From contig JARFYF010000051.1 of the NCBI GenBank assembly GCA_030265395.1, positions 36,981,445-37,045,444 on the forward strand: a DNA stretch of 64,000 bases, read 5' to 3'. The notes under the pieces were generated by a model, which ran no database searches, had not been told where the DNA came from, and worked only from the letters and a program-made list of their open reading frames with translations. A program made the position numbers and the translations under genes. Positions 12,104 to 25,234 of this stretch are shown in pieces. The DNA is from Rhina ancylostomus. Lineage: Eukaryota. The first letter of the stretch is position 1; every line of letters begins with the position of its first letter.

Positions 12104-13432
12104 TTTATTTGAAAAGCTGAATCCCACAGTTACTGGCTTGCATTATTATCCAGATGCCAAATATGTTTTGGTATACGACGTTGATTTAACAACATGTAGG
12201 AAATGATTCCATTCAGATCCAGCATAATTCAGTAGAGCAACAGAAGGTCTACACATCTTACACTTTTATATAACAAAGTGCAAACATTGTACCCACCAGT
12301 AAAGTACCCAATGAAATTAGGCTTAAAAACATATGGCCACAAGCATTGATTGAAAAACTTCATAAATATTCATGAAACATTTATTTCTCAGGAAGGGTTA
12401 CGAGTACTATTTCTTACATGCTCTTCCTTGTTTTTCACAACCTGCAAAATGTTTTTAAAACAGTAAATTGTTTTTCATGCATTTCAGGTGTGCAAAGCAA
12501 GTGAATTGTCGAAACCCATACAACAGAAGAGTTCTGTACATTCAAGTCTTCAAATACGGACTAAATTTGAAATAAAAAAATCAGTTGCCCACTATGTACT
12601 CTGGTTTTTCAATTTTACAGGTTACAAGTTAGGAATATTTTAAATACTTTTACTTTCTTGCAGTTCTAACTTGAGAATTTATAAAAATACATTTTTTTCT
12701 ATTGCAGATTTTTACAGTCCCATTTGTTGTAATTATAAATGTGTTTAGGTATGCTTAAACCTGACATTTTCTCACTTACACAATCTTTGTCAAAATGAGA
12801 AGCCTGTAAATTTTTTTTAGAAGAGGAAAATATATCTTGCATGTCTTGTGTCTTGTTACACAGAACATAGATAAAAGCCATAAAACTCTTCAAGTTGATA
12901 TTAGCGTTTTGTTTCTGGCACTTTTTTCACTAGTTTCCACTGAGAGCTGGCTTTTAATCTACAAACAACAGGTCTGGTAAATAAACATCCAGTTTTACAG
13001 GTAGAACATTGGCTTAAAGTACACTCTAGTACCATTTTCAATTTCATGCACTTTTCTGTTTGGTCTTGACACTCAGAATTTAAAGCATGGATTTACAGAG
13101 AAATATTCATGACAGAAAAACAAATTGCTTTAATCAATGCCAGTCCCTATGGAATGTCTTCCAAGCTTTACATTTAGAGAAAGTGTTAACCTCTCATTTA
13201 AAGCTCCAGATCATAAAGGGACAAGCAAAATTAAAGCCCTGGCTAGCTGAATATATATCACAAGACTACAGGTGTAAAATCATACAGGCCATTTGGAAGA
13301 TGCAATGTGCAATTTGGTGGTTATGTAAATATCCTCATTTGGGATAACACTCAATCTGATTGAAATGCAGATAAATCGTCTTTAAGTCCCTGAAGTGCAT
13401 GAACCTAGAGCAGAAATTAGTCTGTACCAGTT
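12104..13432 (-). other. C2CD5: C2CD5 3'UTR with candidate polyadenylation signals (AATAAA at 12380-12385 and 12104-12109, minus strand)
   Basis: AT-rich, apparently repeat-free stretch after the stop codon, with AATAAA hexamers. The actual cleavage site is unknown. Confidence 0.6.
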
Positions 13433-13564
13433 TCATGTGACAACATCTCCACTACCGTTGCCTGTCTGTAAACCACTCCCTTGTGCCTGAGAAGATGCAT
13501 ATTCCACATCAGAATCTTTGACGAAGTTCACGGCATCACCACTTACATTGATAAGGCACTGCGC
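13433..13564 (-). CDS. C2CD5: C2CD5 terminal coding exon (AQCLINVSGDAVNFVKDSDVEYASSQAQGSGLQTGNGSGDVVT*)
   Basis: cag|GCG acceptor; TGA at 13433-13435. Confidence 0.95.
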   Translation of the reverse strand, partial: AQCLINVSGDAVNFVKDSDVEYASSQAQGSGLQTGNGSGDVVT

Positions 13565-13779
13565 CTGGTGGGACAGAAAGCAAACTCAGCAAATTCATGC
13601 ATCTTGTTAAATGAACACTTTAAAACTGAAGGGCTTTTCAAAATAAAACCTTAAATAAAAATCAGTGTCTGAAGTAGCAAGTTTACTTGAAAGAGAAGTT
13701 TTACATTCAGTTGTCTAATTTGTAAACACTAAGGTTCCCCCCCTCCTCTTCTGCTCCTTAAAACCTACATGTCTGACAC

Positions 13780-15720
13780 AGGAACAGGTATGGTGTTTTC
13801 AGCCCGTTGAACCAAGTAGTCAGATCATGGGTGATATGGACTCACTTCACTTATCTAACATGGTTCTAAATATCCTTGCCTACAAAAAAGTTATCAGTCT
13901 CAATCACAAATCTTTCAATTCCCCCAAAGCCTCAACAGGTTTTTGAGGGAATGCTCCCGATTTTCAATACCTTTGCGTAAAGTGCTCCCATCCAACAACA
14001 ATGAATGGCTTAACCATAATTTTAATGGAATATCACCATGTTCAGGACTTCCACAGCAGAAGAGATAATTTCTCTCCACTGAATCTCCAATGAAATTATT
14101 GAGTCATAAATCTCTCAATTGGATCATCCCTCAAATTTTCTATATTTAAGGGAATACAAGCCTAGCCGATGTAAGCCTCTCTCCATAAATTATGTATGGT
14201 TTTAAGATCTGGCATCATTCTGACAAACCTGAATTACATTCTTCCTGAGTACCCCAAACCGAATGCAGTAGTCTACATGCAGACTAATCAGGGCTTTGTA
14301 AATTTGCAGTACAATTTCATCTCCTTTATACCCAAGGCATTTTGTGATGAATATCAACATTGCTTTAACCTTCTGAACTATTGTTGTACTTGTCCACTAG
14401 TTATTTCAGTACTTGGACACTTAAATCTTTCTGTACATCCAATTTTGAGTTTCTGGTTACTGAGAAAATAGGCACACATCCTACAATTTAAGACAACGAT
14501 GTTCTAAAAGCATGGTTGGCTGCATGACACAGTGCTGGTTACTTGCCTGTGAAATATCCTGGAATNNNNNNNNNNAGGTTGTATAAGAATGCTTTACTGC
14601 ATTAAACTCATTACATAAATCCAAACTGCTTATGTGGGTAAATCATTGCAATATCTTGTATTCTAAATAGGTCGGTAATAAAATGCACTATTATACAAGG
14701 TTCCAGTGTTTAATATTACTCAGCACTGGTTCCTCAGAATTATACAGCATAAAAACAGTCCAATTTGTCCACACCAAGCAGTAGGCACTCTTCTGTATTG
14801 ATCTCATCGCCCAGCACTTGGCCCATTGCCCTATAGTTCCTGTTGCACATTATTCTTTGGTAAAACACACAGACAATGGATTTATGACCATAACTCCAAA
14901 GTTATTGAAATCCTAATTAGCCAAATTGGTAGTCAAGATAGTAATGAGGTTTTAAAACTCCAGAAAAGAAGAACAACAAAATAACTAGAAGCAGATAGCC
15001 ATTTGGTCCCTGTCCTGACTTTCAATAATATCATGGCTAAACTTTGATCTCAGCATCATTTTCCCGTATCAGCTTAACACCTCTTGATTCTCTAAATATC
15101 TAATGCTTTCTTTCTTGAATATACTCAGCAATTGACCCTCTTGGGTAAGAAATTCTAAAAGACTCTCCTCCCGCTGGTTGAAGAGATTTCTCATTTCTAA
15201 GACTGACACCTGGTGCTACACATCACGACCAAGTGAAATAGCAACTCCACACCCACTCTGTCAAGCCCCTTGAAACTTTGATGACTTGCTGTCATCACCT
15301 CTCATTCTCCTAAAATTGACAGATTATGGACCCATCTGCTTAATCGCTCACTGTATGACAAACACACCAGGAATCATTTTGGCTTCACTTCTTCTTTCAC
15401 AAGTATATCCTTCCTTTGATAGGGAGACTTGTACACAATATTCCAGACATAATCTCATCAGGGGTCTATACAGTTAAGACAAGATATTTTTGCTCATGAG
15501 CGCTCAAGTCCTCTCCCAATAATGGCCAGTATAACATTTGCCTTCCTAAATGCATATTGTGCAAGGACACACTGGTACTTTTGGACACCAACGTCTATCA
15601 ATCTCTTATACATTGAGAGAATAGCCACCTTTTTGTTTTTTCCTACTAAAGGGGATAGCATCTCATTTTTCCAAATTGTTCTCCATCCATTATGTCCTTG
15701 CCCAATCACTCAGCCTATCC
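13780..15720 (-). mobile_element. Cluster of old CR1 LINE 3' fragments
   Basis: Reverse-oriented CR1 tails (gccatttggtcc…, tcatggct…) and degenerate RT C-terminal peptides (KANVILAIIGRGLE). Confidence 0.6.
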
Positions 15721-15959
15721 AAGCTCCCCACCCCCGAATCCCCCTCACAGTCATCACTGCCACCTACCTCATTAAACACATAGGGATAGGATGTCCATGG
15801 AGTGTACTGTTGATCTAAACACCAGTGTCTTCATTCTATCACTATCTGGTCTTCCTTGTATGCGAATGCATTATCACATCAACTACAGTCCACAGCTGAG
15901 AAAGTAAATCAGTTACCAAAGAATGCTTTGGTAAATAGAATCTAACTCAAGACAAGTGC

Positions 15960-16580
15960 TAAATGATGCACTTTAGGAAGTTAAACCAGGGCAAGACATA
16001 AATAGTGAATGGCAGGACCCTGGGGGAGGTGTCATGGAACAGAATGACCTCAGGGTATGTACATAGCTCCCTGAAAGTGGTGACACAGGTAGACAGAGTT
16101 GTGAAGGAAGTGTCTGGCACGCTTGCCTTTGTCAGCCATGCATTGTGTACAAGAGTTGGGATGTTACAGTTGTACAAAACGTTGACTAGGTTATACTTTG
16201 AATACTATGTACGATTCTGATCATCATGCGATAGGAAGAATGTGATTAAGCGAGAAAGGGTGCAGAAAAAGTTCACAAGGACGTTGGCTGGACTGTAAGA
16301 CTTGAGTTATAAGGAGAGATTAGATAGACTAGGTTTGTTTTCCCTGGAGCGAAGGACACTGCTTTAAAGGTGAGAGGGGAAAGACTTAAAGGGGATATGA
16401 GGGGCAAGTTTTTCACACCAAGGATGGTGGTAATATTGAATGAGCTGACAGAGGAAGTGTTAAGAGGCAGGTACAATTACAATGTTTAAATGACATTTGG
16501 AAAGGTACTTGGATAGGAAAGGTTTAGAGGAATATGGGCCAAATGGCCAGTTTCAATGCTGTACAACTCCACGGCTCTAA
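15960..16580 (+). mobile_element. CR1/HER1-like LINE 3' fragment
   Basis: VHSSLKVVTQVDRVVK…MLQLYKTLTRLYFEY peptide followed by the typical 3'UTR. Confidence 0.85.
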
Positions 16581-16939
16581 AGGACTTATCACTTAAATTC
16601 TGCATCTCCTGCTTCCGAACACTGCTTGCTCACTTAAAGCACTTCAACAGTGTGAAGTACAAGGAGAAAACTAGGTATCAGTGGGAAGCCACGGAGAAAG
16701 ATAGGCCAGGGAGNNNNNNNNNNNNNNNNNNNNNNNNNNNNNNNNNNNNNNNNNNNNNNNNNNNNNNNNNNNNNNNNNNNNNNNNNNNNNNNNNNNNNNN
16801 NNNNNNNNNNNNNGCCACGGAGAAAGATCGGCCTGGGAGGGGTGGGTGGGTTGGGTGAAGGCCAGTGATTGGTCTCAATTCCTGAGCTTGGGTGAAGGTT
16901 GGCTGCTTGGGGATTGATAGGGGTTAAAAGAGTGAACGA

Positions 16940-17325
16940 AGACTACCCAGATGAAACATCATCGACTGTCCAATTCCCTCCATAGATGCTGCCTGACCCA
17001 ATGAGTTCCTCCAGCACTTTTGGTGTTGCTTCGGATAACTGGCTCTTTCTTTCTGTTTGTATCAGGACTGGCCATTTTTGCCTGCTTTTCCCCCTGTTCC
17101 ATTTGTAAGTTCTAACCTGCTGGGCCACATTATTTCACCCTATTGGAGAAATTTCCTTGGTTTCACTCATCGCCCTCCCTCACCTTCTCAGTTACCTAGA
17201 CCAAGTTGCATTCTCTCTTTCTCAGCTCCGATAAAGGGTCTCAAACTTGAAACATGACTCGTTTCTTCTTCCACAGACACTGCCTGACCTGCTGAGCATT
17301 TCCCAGTATTTTCTGCTTTTATTAA
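16940..17325 (+). mobile_element. Two Penelope-derived terminal-repeat fragments
   Basis: Two copies of the GATGCTGCCTGACC(TGC)TGAG…CCAGC motif; degenerate hammerhead core at 17228-17253. Confidence 0.6.
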
Positions 17326-18331
17326 AAGAATGCAAGGGATATGGAAATGACAGATTCCAAGAGCAAAAGTGTGCGAGTGAGAGCACATGATAATGGGAAA
17401 TAAGATGAGTGTGTCTTTTTATTGGTAGATGAGAAATTAGAAGACAGGACAGAATAGGATTNNNNNNNNNNNNNNNNNNNNNNNNNNNNNNNNNNNNNNN
17501 NNNNNNNNNNNNNNNNNNNNNNNNNNNNNNNNNNNNNNNNNNNNNNNNNNNNNNNNNNNNNNNNNNNNNNNNNNNNNNNCAGAGGCAGGAGTGTGAAATA
17601 GCTTCGGTACAGGAGGCGGGGGTAAGAAAGATTTGGGGCTGTAATTGATAGAAGGTAGGAGAAGAGGTTGGCTATTGGAGGTGTGTGCTGAGGAGGTGCG
17701 TGCTGAGGAGGTGCATGGTGATTGGTAGCCATTGGATTGCAGTGGGTAGTCTGTAGGTGGGCAGGTAAGCTGGCAGGGTTAGCAAGCTTTGGAAGGGTGG
17801 GGATCTTAGGAGAGCCAAGTAATTTCTGATCTATAAGGCAATCTACCAGAGTCACTCCCAGTGTTCGCCTGAAATGTGCTCGTGCAGATCTCCCTTACAC
17901 CACACAGAAGGATCCTTCACAAGTGCTGTGATATCCAGCTTCAGCAGTCGTGGACTGTGGGTCAGACTAGAAAATTATGAAGCATCAGACAAGCATGCAT
18001 TGGACACTGCAATGCTTGTTCTTTGCCCGTGGTGCATTACTGCATCAGCAGCAGGGTACGGAACAAAAATTCTGGTCTTCATACAACCTGCACAAAGTCA
18101 CCTATTTATACTATTATTTTATTTCTTGTTGAAAATGGATCACAAAGACATCACACACAGTGAGCCAATTTTTTTAGGCCAGGAAGCCCAGTACCTTTTT
18201 AGGGCAAGGAGGAGTAAGCAACATTTGTTTAATCAGTCAGGGCTTGATTGTAGGTGTTTCACAACAATGGGAAGAAATGCTTCGGATTACTATAAAACAG
18301 GCATACAATTTTTCTAGTGTCAAGTACAAAC

Positions 18332-18478
18332 CTGATTTTTGTTGGGATTTTCCATAAACACACACTGCTTCATGATGTAAGACACGACTGCATTTCCACC
18401 CAGAGCAGCAACGTGGGCCCTCACCATAGCGAACACTTCTGCAATAAAAGCATGAAGGAACCCACTAACTCCTCCTTC
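18332..18478 (-). CDS. C2CD5: C2CD5 penultimate exon (EGGVSGFLHAFIAEVFAMVRAHVAALGGNAVVSYIMKQCVFMENPNKNQ)
   Basis: 147 nt, tag|GAA…CAG|gtttgt; matches the recalled human peptide. Confidence 0.97.
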
Positions 18479-18989
18479 CTATGAGAAATGAAAACACTCA
18501 CAAAATTAAAATTTTCATCACATGTTGTGGCATAGCTGCCTTTCAGTCCCACTGCTTAATAATGTTATCTGGAGCATGGAATTTTAAACAATGTTCGAGC
18601 ACAAAGAATTTAACACAGTAATCCTTAAGCATGTTCGTACTTCAAAAGAATAAAATGAATTTCAGCAAAATGTCTCATATTTTGAAAATGGATGCCTTTT
18701 ACCTCCACTTATTTGAAAAAATCTCAATTGCAGACAATTTTTGTACATGAAGGAAATGGGTAAAATCTCCTATTCTTGGCTTAAAACAACTTCCTTTATG
18801 ATTCTCAGAGGTAATGGAAATCATTCCACTTTGCTAGTCTTCTCACCTAGGTAATGTAATTGGAGAACTTCCCATAATATACTCCAAACATTATTATCTT
18901 AGTCAATCATGCCTTTGGCAGAAACCCTGATGCTCCTCTATTGCACTGAGAATGTTGCAAACAACCGGCCTTGCACATATGTTTGCCTT

Positions 18990-19360
18990 TAGGTGCGAGT
19001 CACTGAGCCATTCTTGTCTCCAGGTCAGGAAGTCGAGAGTTCAAATCCCGGCCTGAAGAAATGAAATAAAGATTATGGCTGACATTCCAGTGCAGTATGG
19101 AAGGAATGCTTCACTCCCAGGAGGTACTGTCAACTGAAATGAAACACAAAACTCAAGTCCCATCTGTTTTCTTAATGGGCATACAATCTTGCATGACATA
19201 ACTAGAAATATAGCAGGGTAGCTCCAATTACATTCAAATTCAATTAGCATCATTAGTTATTAATCGTACTTTGGGGAGTGTGCAAGTTAGTTGATGAATT
19301 TCCTACTTTACAACAATAACTAACTTCAATCACCAATGACATTGGCTGTACATTGACCTA
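18990..19360 (+). mobile_element. DeuSINE remnant
   Basis: B box GAGTTCAAATCC followed by Deu-like ggctgacattccagtgcagtatggaaggaatgc…ggaggtactgtc. Confidence 0.6.
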
Positions 19361-19780
19361 TAGCTTGGCCAATGCCCATGATCATTTCTCAAGTGCCTTG
19401 CTGCAAATAACCTTCACAAGCTATTTGCAGACATTTCTGTAGAAGCTTAGTGAGTGGAACCTGGAGTATAGCTAGCCGCACATTTGAGCTGTAGAGCATC
19501 AAAAAGGTGCACATTTAATTCCCAAACTCATTTCACAGAGGACAAAACAATCCAACCTGATTTTAAACCCAGACCCTGAAGTAAAAGTCTAATGCCATCC
19601 TTTTAAGTTTACAACACACTCCTATCACCATCAAAAACACTGGCAAGTGATAAATATAAATTGGAGGTTTTCTTTAATTTTGCACTTAATTGGTCTTGAT
19701 TCTGATAATTCTTCCAACTTCTTCACTACATTCCTTCTCAAAAACCCACTTCTTCAGCCAGGAATTGAGTCATGTTTGCT

Positions 19781-19821
<41 letters not shown>

Positions 19822-20989
19822 NNNNNNNNNNNNNNNNNNNNNNNNNNNNNNNNNNNNNNNNNNNNNNNNNNNNNNNNNNNNNNNNNNNNNNNNNNNNNNT
19901 AACTGGAAAGGTGTAAAGTGAACAATTTGAGAGAAAGTACATTCCCTTATTACTGCAGCAGAAAAATTGCTCCTGGGTTTCTGCCAATATTGCCTTCCTC
20001 CCAATAGGCAATATCATCCTAAAGTTGAGCCACGTCCCTGGGCATAGTTAAGTAACAATTTGTTTCTTTAGGTCTCATGGATAATGTGAAACACCTAACT
20101 GGGTTTAAAGCTGAAAATAAAAATGCTCAAAGTTTTAGAACTAAGGGACCTTTATCACATTACTATCCGCATCCATAATTCGTTTAGTTATATTCATCCA
20201 TCTGCCAAACTGTTTCCACTTATCAGATTCATTTATCTGTTTACCTCTATCTCCCCATCCTCCTACCTGTAGGTGTACCTCCATTCGTCTACCTCCCTCT
20301 CCGAGTTCTGCAAATTACTGAGACATCTTCCTATATTAAGGAGGATTAATATAAATGCAAATTGTGTTGTCTGCTGCTGACAAAATCAGTTGCAGACACC
20401 CTAGAGGCAACAGGTTCAGCTCACCACGTCAAAAATCAAATGTAGACTCAGGAAGATCGCACATGCCAAGGGGCCAAAGCACCTTGCTTGGCATCACAGA
20501 CCAATTGATTTCTGCTTGCAACAGGTGGTATTCATAACCCCAAATGATCACCACACATCAAAACAGTTTGTGTTGCTCCAAATCTTGGTGGTTTNNNNNN
20601 NNNNNNNNNNNNNNNNNNNNNNNNNNNNNNNNNNNNNNNNNNNNNNNNNNNNNNNNNNNNNNNNNNNNNNNNNNNNNNNNNNNNNNNNNNNNNNNNNNNN
20701 NNNNNNNNNNNNNNNNNNNNNNNNNNNNNNNNNNNNNNNNNNNNNNNNNNNNNNNNNNNNNNNNNNNNNNNNNNNNNNNNNNNNNNNNNNNNNCTAAACT
20801 ACCTTTGGGAGTGGGAAGCAAACTAGAGCATTGGGCAGTGGGAGAATCTGAAAATTTCTACGCAGACAGCACCTGAAGGCTGGATTGAACCCTGCTCTCT
20901 GTGGCTAAGAGGCAGCTGAGCTAATCTTGTACCAAAGGGCTGACATCTAAAGATCAACTTTGAGTATTTTACCAGTGTTATCATACAAA

Positions 20990-21610
20990 ATAGGTATACA
21001 GGGGTAAGCCACTGGGCCCCACAAGCCTGCTCCACCATTAGATGAGATCACACCTGACCTAACTAACTTCGACTCCACATTCCAATCTGACCTGGCAATC
21101 TTTAACTCCCTTGCTCATCAAGAATCTATCTTCCTCTGCCATAAAAATACTAAATAGATTCTGCTGCCACCATCCTTTGAGAAAGACAGTTCCGAACACC
21201 TGCAACACAGAGACAATTTTCCTCCTCAGACTTTGTTCTCCTACTAGAAGAAAAATTCATTTCATATCCACCCTGTTAAGACTCTTCAGGATCCTGTACG
21301 TTTCAAGCAGGAGCCCTCCCACTCTTCTAAACTGCGGTGGATAAGCTTACCTTGTCCAACCTATCCTTGTATGACATTGTGCCTATTCTAGGTATTAGTC
21401 TAGTTCACCTTCTCCGAATTGCTCCTAATGCATTAACACACTTCTTTACAGATGAATCCAACACTGTACACTCCGAGCTCAGAAATTGCCCACATGAATA
21501 AAACATAACATCTCTACTCTTGTATTCAATGCTCCTTGCAATATATAACATTTTGTTGGCTTATCTAATTACTTGTGCCTGTATAATGGGCACTTGCAAA
21601 TTCTACACCA
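20990..21610 (-). mobile_element. CR1 LINE 3' fragment
   Basis: Reverse CR1 tail (gccactgggccccacaagcctgctccaccatt) with decayed ORF2 C-terminus. Confidence 0.65.
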
Positions 21611-22323
21611 GAATACTTATGTCCTTAGTTCTGAAACCAAGCTTCAAAATTAGAGTGAAAGAGGAAAAAAAACAGAAAGGGCGGGGTGTAGAAAAAGAAA
21701 AGAAAGAAGGGCAGAGAAAAAGTAAAGAGAAGGGGAGTGACAGGAGAGTTCAGGTGGTCTTTGATCCTCTTTTTGGTCTATCAGGTTTTTTTTATTACTT
21801 TGCACATTTCACTTACAAAAATACCAATAATCAGCATTAATGAGTGTAATTTTTCAAATAATAGTTTTTGGCAAGTGCAGGTTTTTTTTAAAAAACCCAT
21901 CCTATGCATTTTTTTCTACATGCTACAGAAACCTTCAGTTCCATATATACCTGACCACCGTTTAAAGAAGTTTGACTGATGCACATGGCCTTATACATTG
22001 AGAAATATCAGTCACTTCACAAAAACCAACTCATCCAATAAAGCTCTGATCTTAAAGTAACATTTGAAAGCAGAAATTGTTGAATGAAGGGCTTTGTATT
22101 TTTTTCCACAATAAGTTAAACGTTACTAAACTATCACATACACACATGCAATCCCTGCACTTTATACCAAAGAAATGTAGGTAAGCTGGCGCCATTAATT
22201 TTATGCAAAATTCCACATTATAAATACAAAGCATGTTTCAAACAGTTTTTCCTTATCTTGCAACATGATGCATGGCTTTGTGCTAATCTCTCTACAGATT
22301 CTGGCCCTGGATTTGTTGCTCAC

Positions 22324-22514
22324 CTCACGCAGTGATGTGGTTTCCCGAATGAAGAACATGTTGATGATTCCAAGATATTTGGTTATTTTTGCACCAGGAA
22401 TGAAAGAGAGAGGGGTCATTTCGACAACAGTGACTGTGGAGGTTGTGCATGATATCGGGGAGCGATGACGTGTGTGGGCTTCAGCCAGTGGGCTCGCTTT
22501 GTCAAGTGAAGCAA
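22324..22514 (-). CDS. C2CD5: C2CD5 exon (…ASLDKASPLAEAHTRHRSPISCTTSTVTVVEMTPLSFIPGAKITKYLGIINMFFIRETTSLRE)
   Basis: 191 nt, tag|TT…GAG|gtgagc. Confidence 0.96.
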
Positions 22515-23170
22515 CTACAAGGGTAGAAAGAGACAGAAAATAAAAGTAGAATGCAATTAGTATTGAAAGACTAAATTTGTTTAGATGATGTGTTTTTTCT
22601 TAAAAAGAAAAATCAGGCTGTTCAGAGCAGCTGCAGTGATATTTTCAGCGTCTGAAGCTCAGTGATGGAGCAGGCATGAGCTGCATTAGAGAGTAGGTGA
22701 TCATGCAGAACATGCAAAAAAAAAGAGGCATAAACAGCTGGAAGGGGATTTTTCAAAGACAGTGGCATTCCTTCAAAAGAGTAGTTTCTTGCCCACCCCC
22801 GCCCTCCCAACACCCCTCCCCAAAAGGAGCATTTTAATAGCGATGGCTGCATTGGCGATACCTCAATACAAAAAGAAATCAAGGAGGACATTTCTTTGCT
22901 GAAAGGAGATTTTGATTAAGAGTGTGAAAGATGTTACTTTTTTTTAAGCAGAATGCAGTTTTTATCATGTTCATCTCAAGGTTAAAGCTGTCCAACGTTA
23001 ACCAATTTCTGTTAAACATTCTCTGGACAAAGATGCANNNNNCACACTCAAATTGCATGTGCCATTGATTGCATTGCCATTGCTGGGTAGGATAGTCCAT
23101 CCTTCACCAACGGGGATCATAGGCATGGCTCAGATTATTATCACCATGATAAGCTATAACTTCCGCCTAC

Positions 23171-23272
23171 TTGTTTTAATTGATCCACGCCTTATGGTCT
23201 GAGCTTTCTGCTTAATGAACTCTATCCAGCTGCTGCATCTGTCTGCAAAGGAACTGTAATCAACTGAGGTGG
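23171..23272 (-). CDS. C2CD5: C2CD5 cassette exon (ATSVDYSSFADRCSSWIEFIKQKAQTIRRGSIKT)
   Basis: 102 nt, symmetric phase 1, tag|CC…ACAA|gtaggc; near-identical to the recalled human long-isoform insert. Confidence 0.9.
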
Positions 23273-23426
23273 CTAAAACACACACAGAAAAGAAAAAGAA
23301 AAATGGATGACGTCTATTGCCCATTGCAACGTTCCTCTAATGAGCCAATCATCACTGCACAAAGGGTCATGAAAAGAAAACAAAGACCCCTGGTTTTCAG
23401 CACAGTTAATAGCCTGGTTTACTTAC

Positions 23427-23477
23427 CCCTTTGTACTGCTGGAGAGACTGCCTGCAAATTGCCACTTTCCGAAATGC
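23427..23477 (-). CDS. C2CD5: C2CD5 cassette exon (GISESGNLQAVSPAVQR)
   Basis: 51 nt, symmetric phase 1, tag|GC…AGGG|gtaagt; positional equivalent of the recalled long-isoform insert EHLESASSNSGIPAAQR. Confidence 0.8.
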
Positions 23478-25234
23478 CTAAGAAGATGATTTTTGTGAAT
23501 AAATATGGGATCACCAAAATTCTAGCACACCATAGGAAATAAATATCATGTACAACATTAAGGCAGAGCCTTTATCACTGGTTCGTCAAGCCACAGCCTA
23601 GGTAATATTCCTACATTTCTTTACAATGAAACCAAAGATTTAAACAGGAGAAACGGATGCAAAAGAAGCATTCCTAAATAATAACACTCTCAATCTACCT
23701 CATAAAGGCAACATCTTAACCACAAACTGATCGAAACTGATGCTTTTTCATTGTTTAATATGGCTTGCTCAGTTTATGAGTTAGAGTTCTAATTATTGGT
23801 TTAAAATGTTTTGTAATACTTTGATACAAAACAATGTGCAAGACTTTGCTTATTCAGCAGCTTTTTTTTAAATACAAGGAACCTGCAGAGACTGGTCTCA
23901 CATATCTCTGCTAATGTTACAGTGGAACAATACTGTTCTGCAAAACACTCTTTATTTGCTGGGAAATTTCTTTAAACAGTTACAGATAATACTTCCTTTC
24001 ACATGACTACTGGTATTTTTCAAAGAACATTAATCTGAATTCCACTGCATGAACAACTTTATGGAGGTGATTTGCAGTAATTATTTTCACTGATTCCTAG
24101 GTTGTTTAAGTGATGCACATGGAAAAACCAGTTACATAGATTTGGATTCTTGGTTCAAATGGCTCGATAATTTATTATAAAATTGTATTATAAAAATGCC
24201 ACCAAAGGCATCGAACAGTCAAATTCAGTCATGGTTTCAAATCTCATAGAATGATTTGATGTGCACAAATTAAGATAATCTTTTAAATGGTTGAGGTTTG
24301 CAGTAAAAGATTGAACATTTATTAAGCTCAAATATTCAGTACATCAGAATGCAAGTTTAGAACTGAAAGCTGCACATATGCTTACATTAGTAAAGTTCAA
24401 CCATCCACTACTTATGTATCTGCAAGCAGAAATGCATTTTAAAAAAAATCAAGTAAATGTTTTTTTGCCTGGAAATTGAAGTGCACCCTAAGGTGTGCAC
24501 CATACTGGAACAGCTGTGGTGGGACAAGAACTATTTTGGTTGTCCTCTCGAGAGGTGGAGTTGGAAAAATCAGCAATCAAATTGGAGGAGGGAAGAGTTG
24601 GGATTAGAGAGATCAGGAAGGCTGGTACATTCTATCATAAGCAGTGGCAAGCAGAGGAGGGGTGGGGTGGAGCAAAGGCGTGAGAGAACCTGGAGATGCA
24701 GTCAGGTGGTGCACAAATCAGAGTTCAGGGACGTGGGGCACGAGGTGGTAGATGGAAGGAGGACTTATGGAACACGCCTGGCACATTGGCACTAATGGAA
24801 TAAGGTCATGTTGTCCCAGGATTGTTGAAAGATGTCCTGAGGATGACATAGTCTAGCTTCCCTTGCAATGCTCCAAAAAGAGTGTTGTTTGAAAAACATG
24901 CACATAATGCGCAGCCCTAATGCAGAAATCATGTCAGAGTCCCAAGGGAGCTGATGACAGAAGTACCTGGTTAAATTTTCCGAGTGTGGGAATTCAATTT
25001 AGAAATCAATCTACTCTGGATTAAATCACTTTTCAGTTGCATAATGGCTTCAAAAGAAAGTGCAATGCAATCCAATTTCTAAGTGTGTCTTCAACGCAAA
25101 AGAGTCATCATGACAAGGCGTCTGGTATGTTGCAATCTACGGACATCACCTTCTGAATGAAAACTGAATTACTGAGAGGAATTATTTTCACTAATATTTA
25201 GACCTAACAAAGGAACAGCGATGTATTTCCATGC

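Noticed and set aside
16686-16835. Repeated GCCACGGAGAAAGAT.GGCC.GGGAG on both sides of a gap (CRISPR-like at first glance)
   Set aside because: A vertebrate minisatellite collapsed or masked at an N gap; no spacers or cas genes.
19781-19899. 41-nt poly-G run giving poly-Gly and poly-Pro ORFs; possible G-quadruplex
   Set aside because: It abuts an N gap and is a typical sequencing or assembly artefact; the true length is unknowable.
22622-22683. Alternative acceptor (taatgcag) giving HACSITELQTLKISLQLL*
   Set aside because: No clear donor and no homology; cannot be distinguished from chance.
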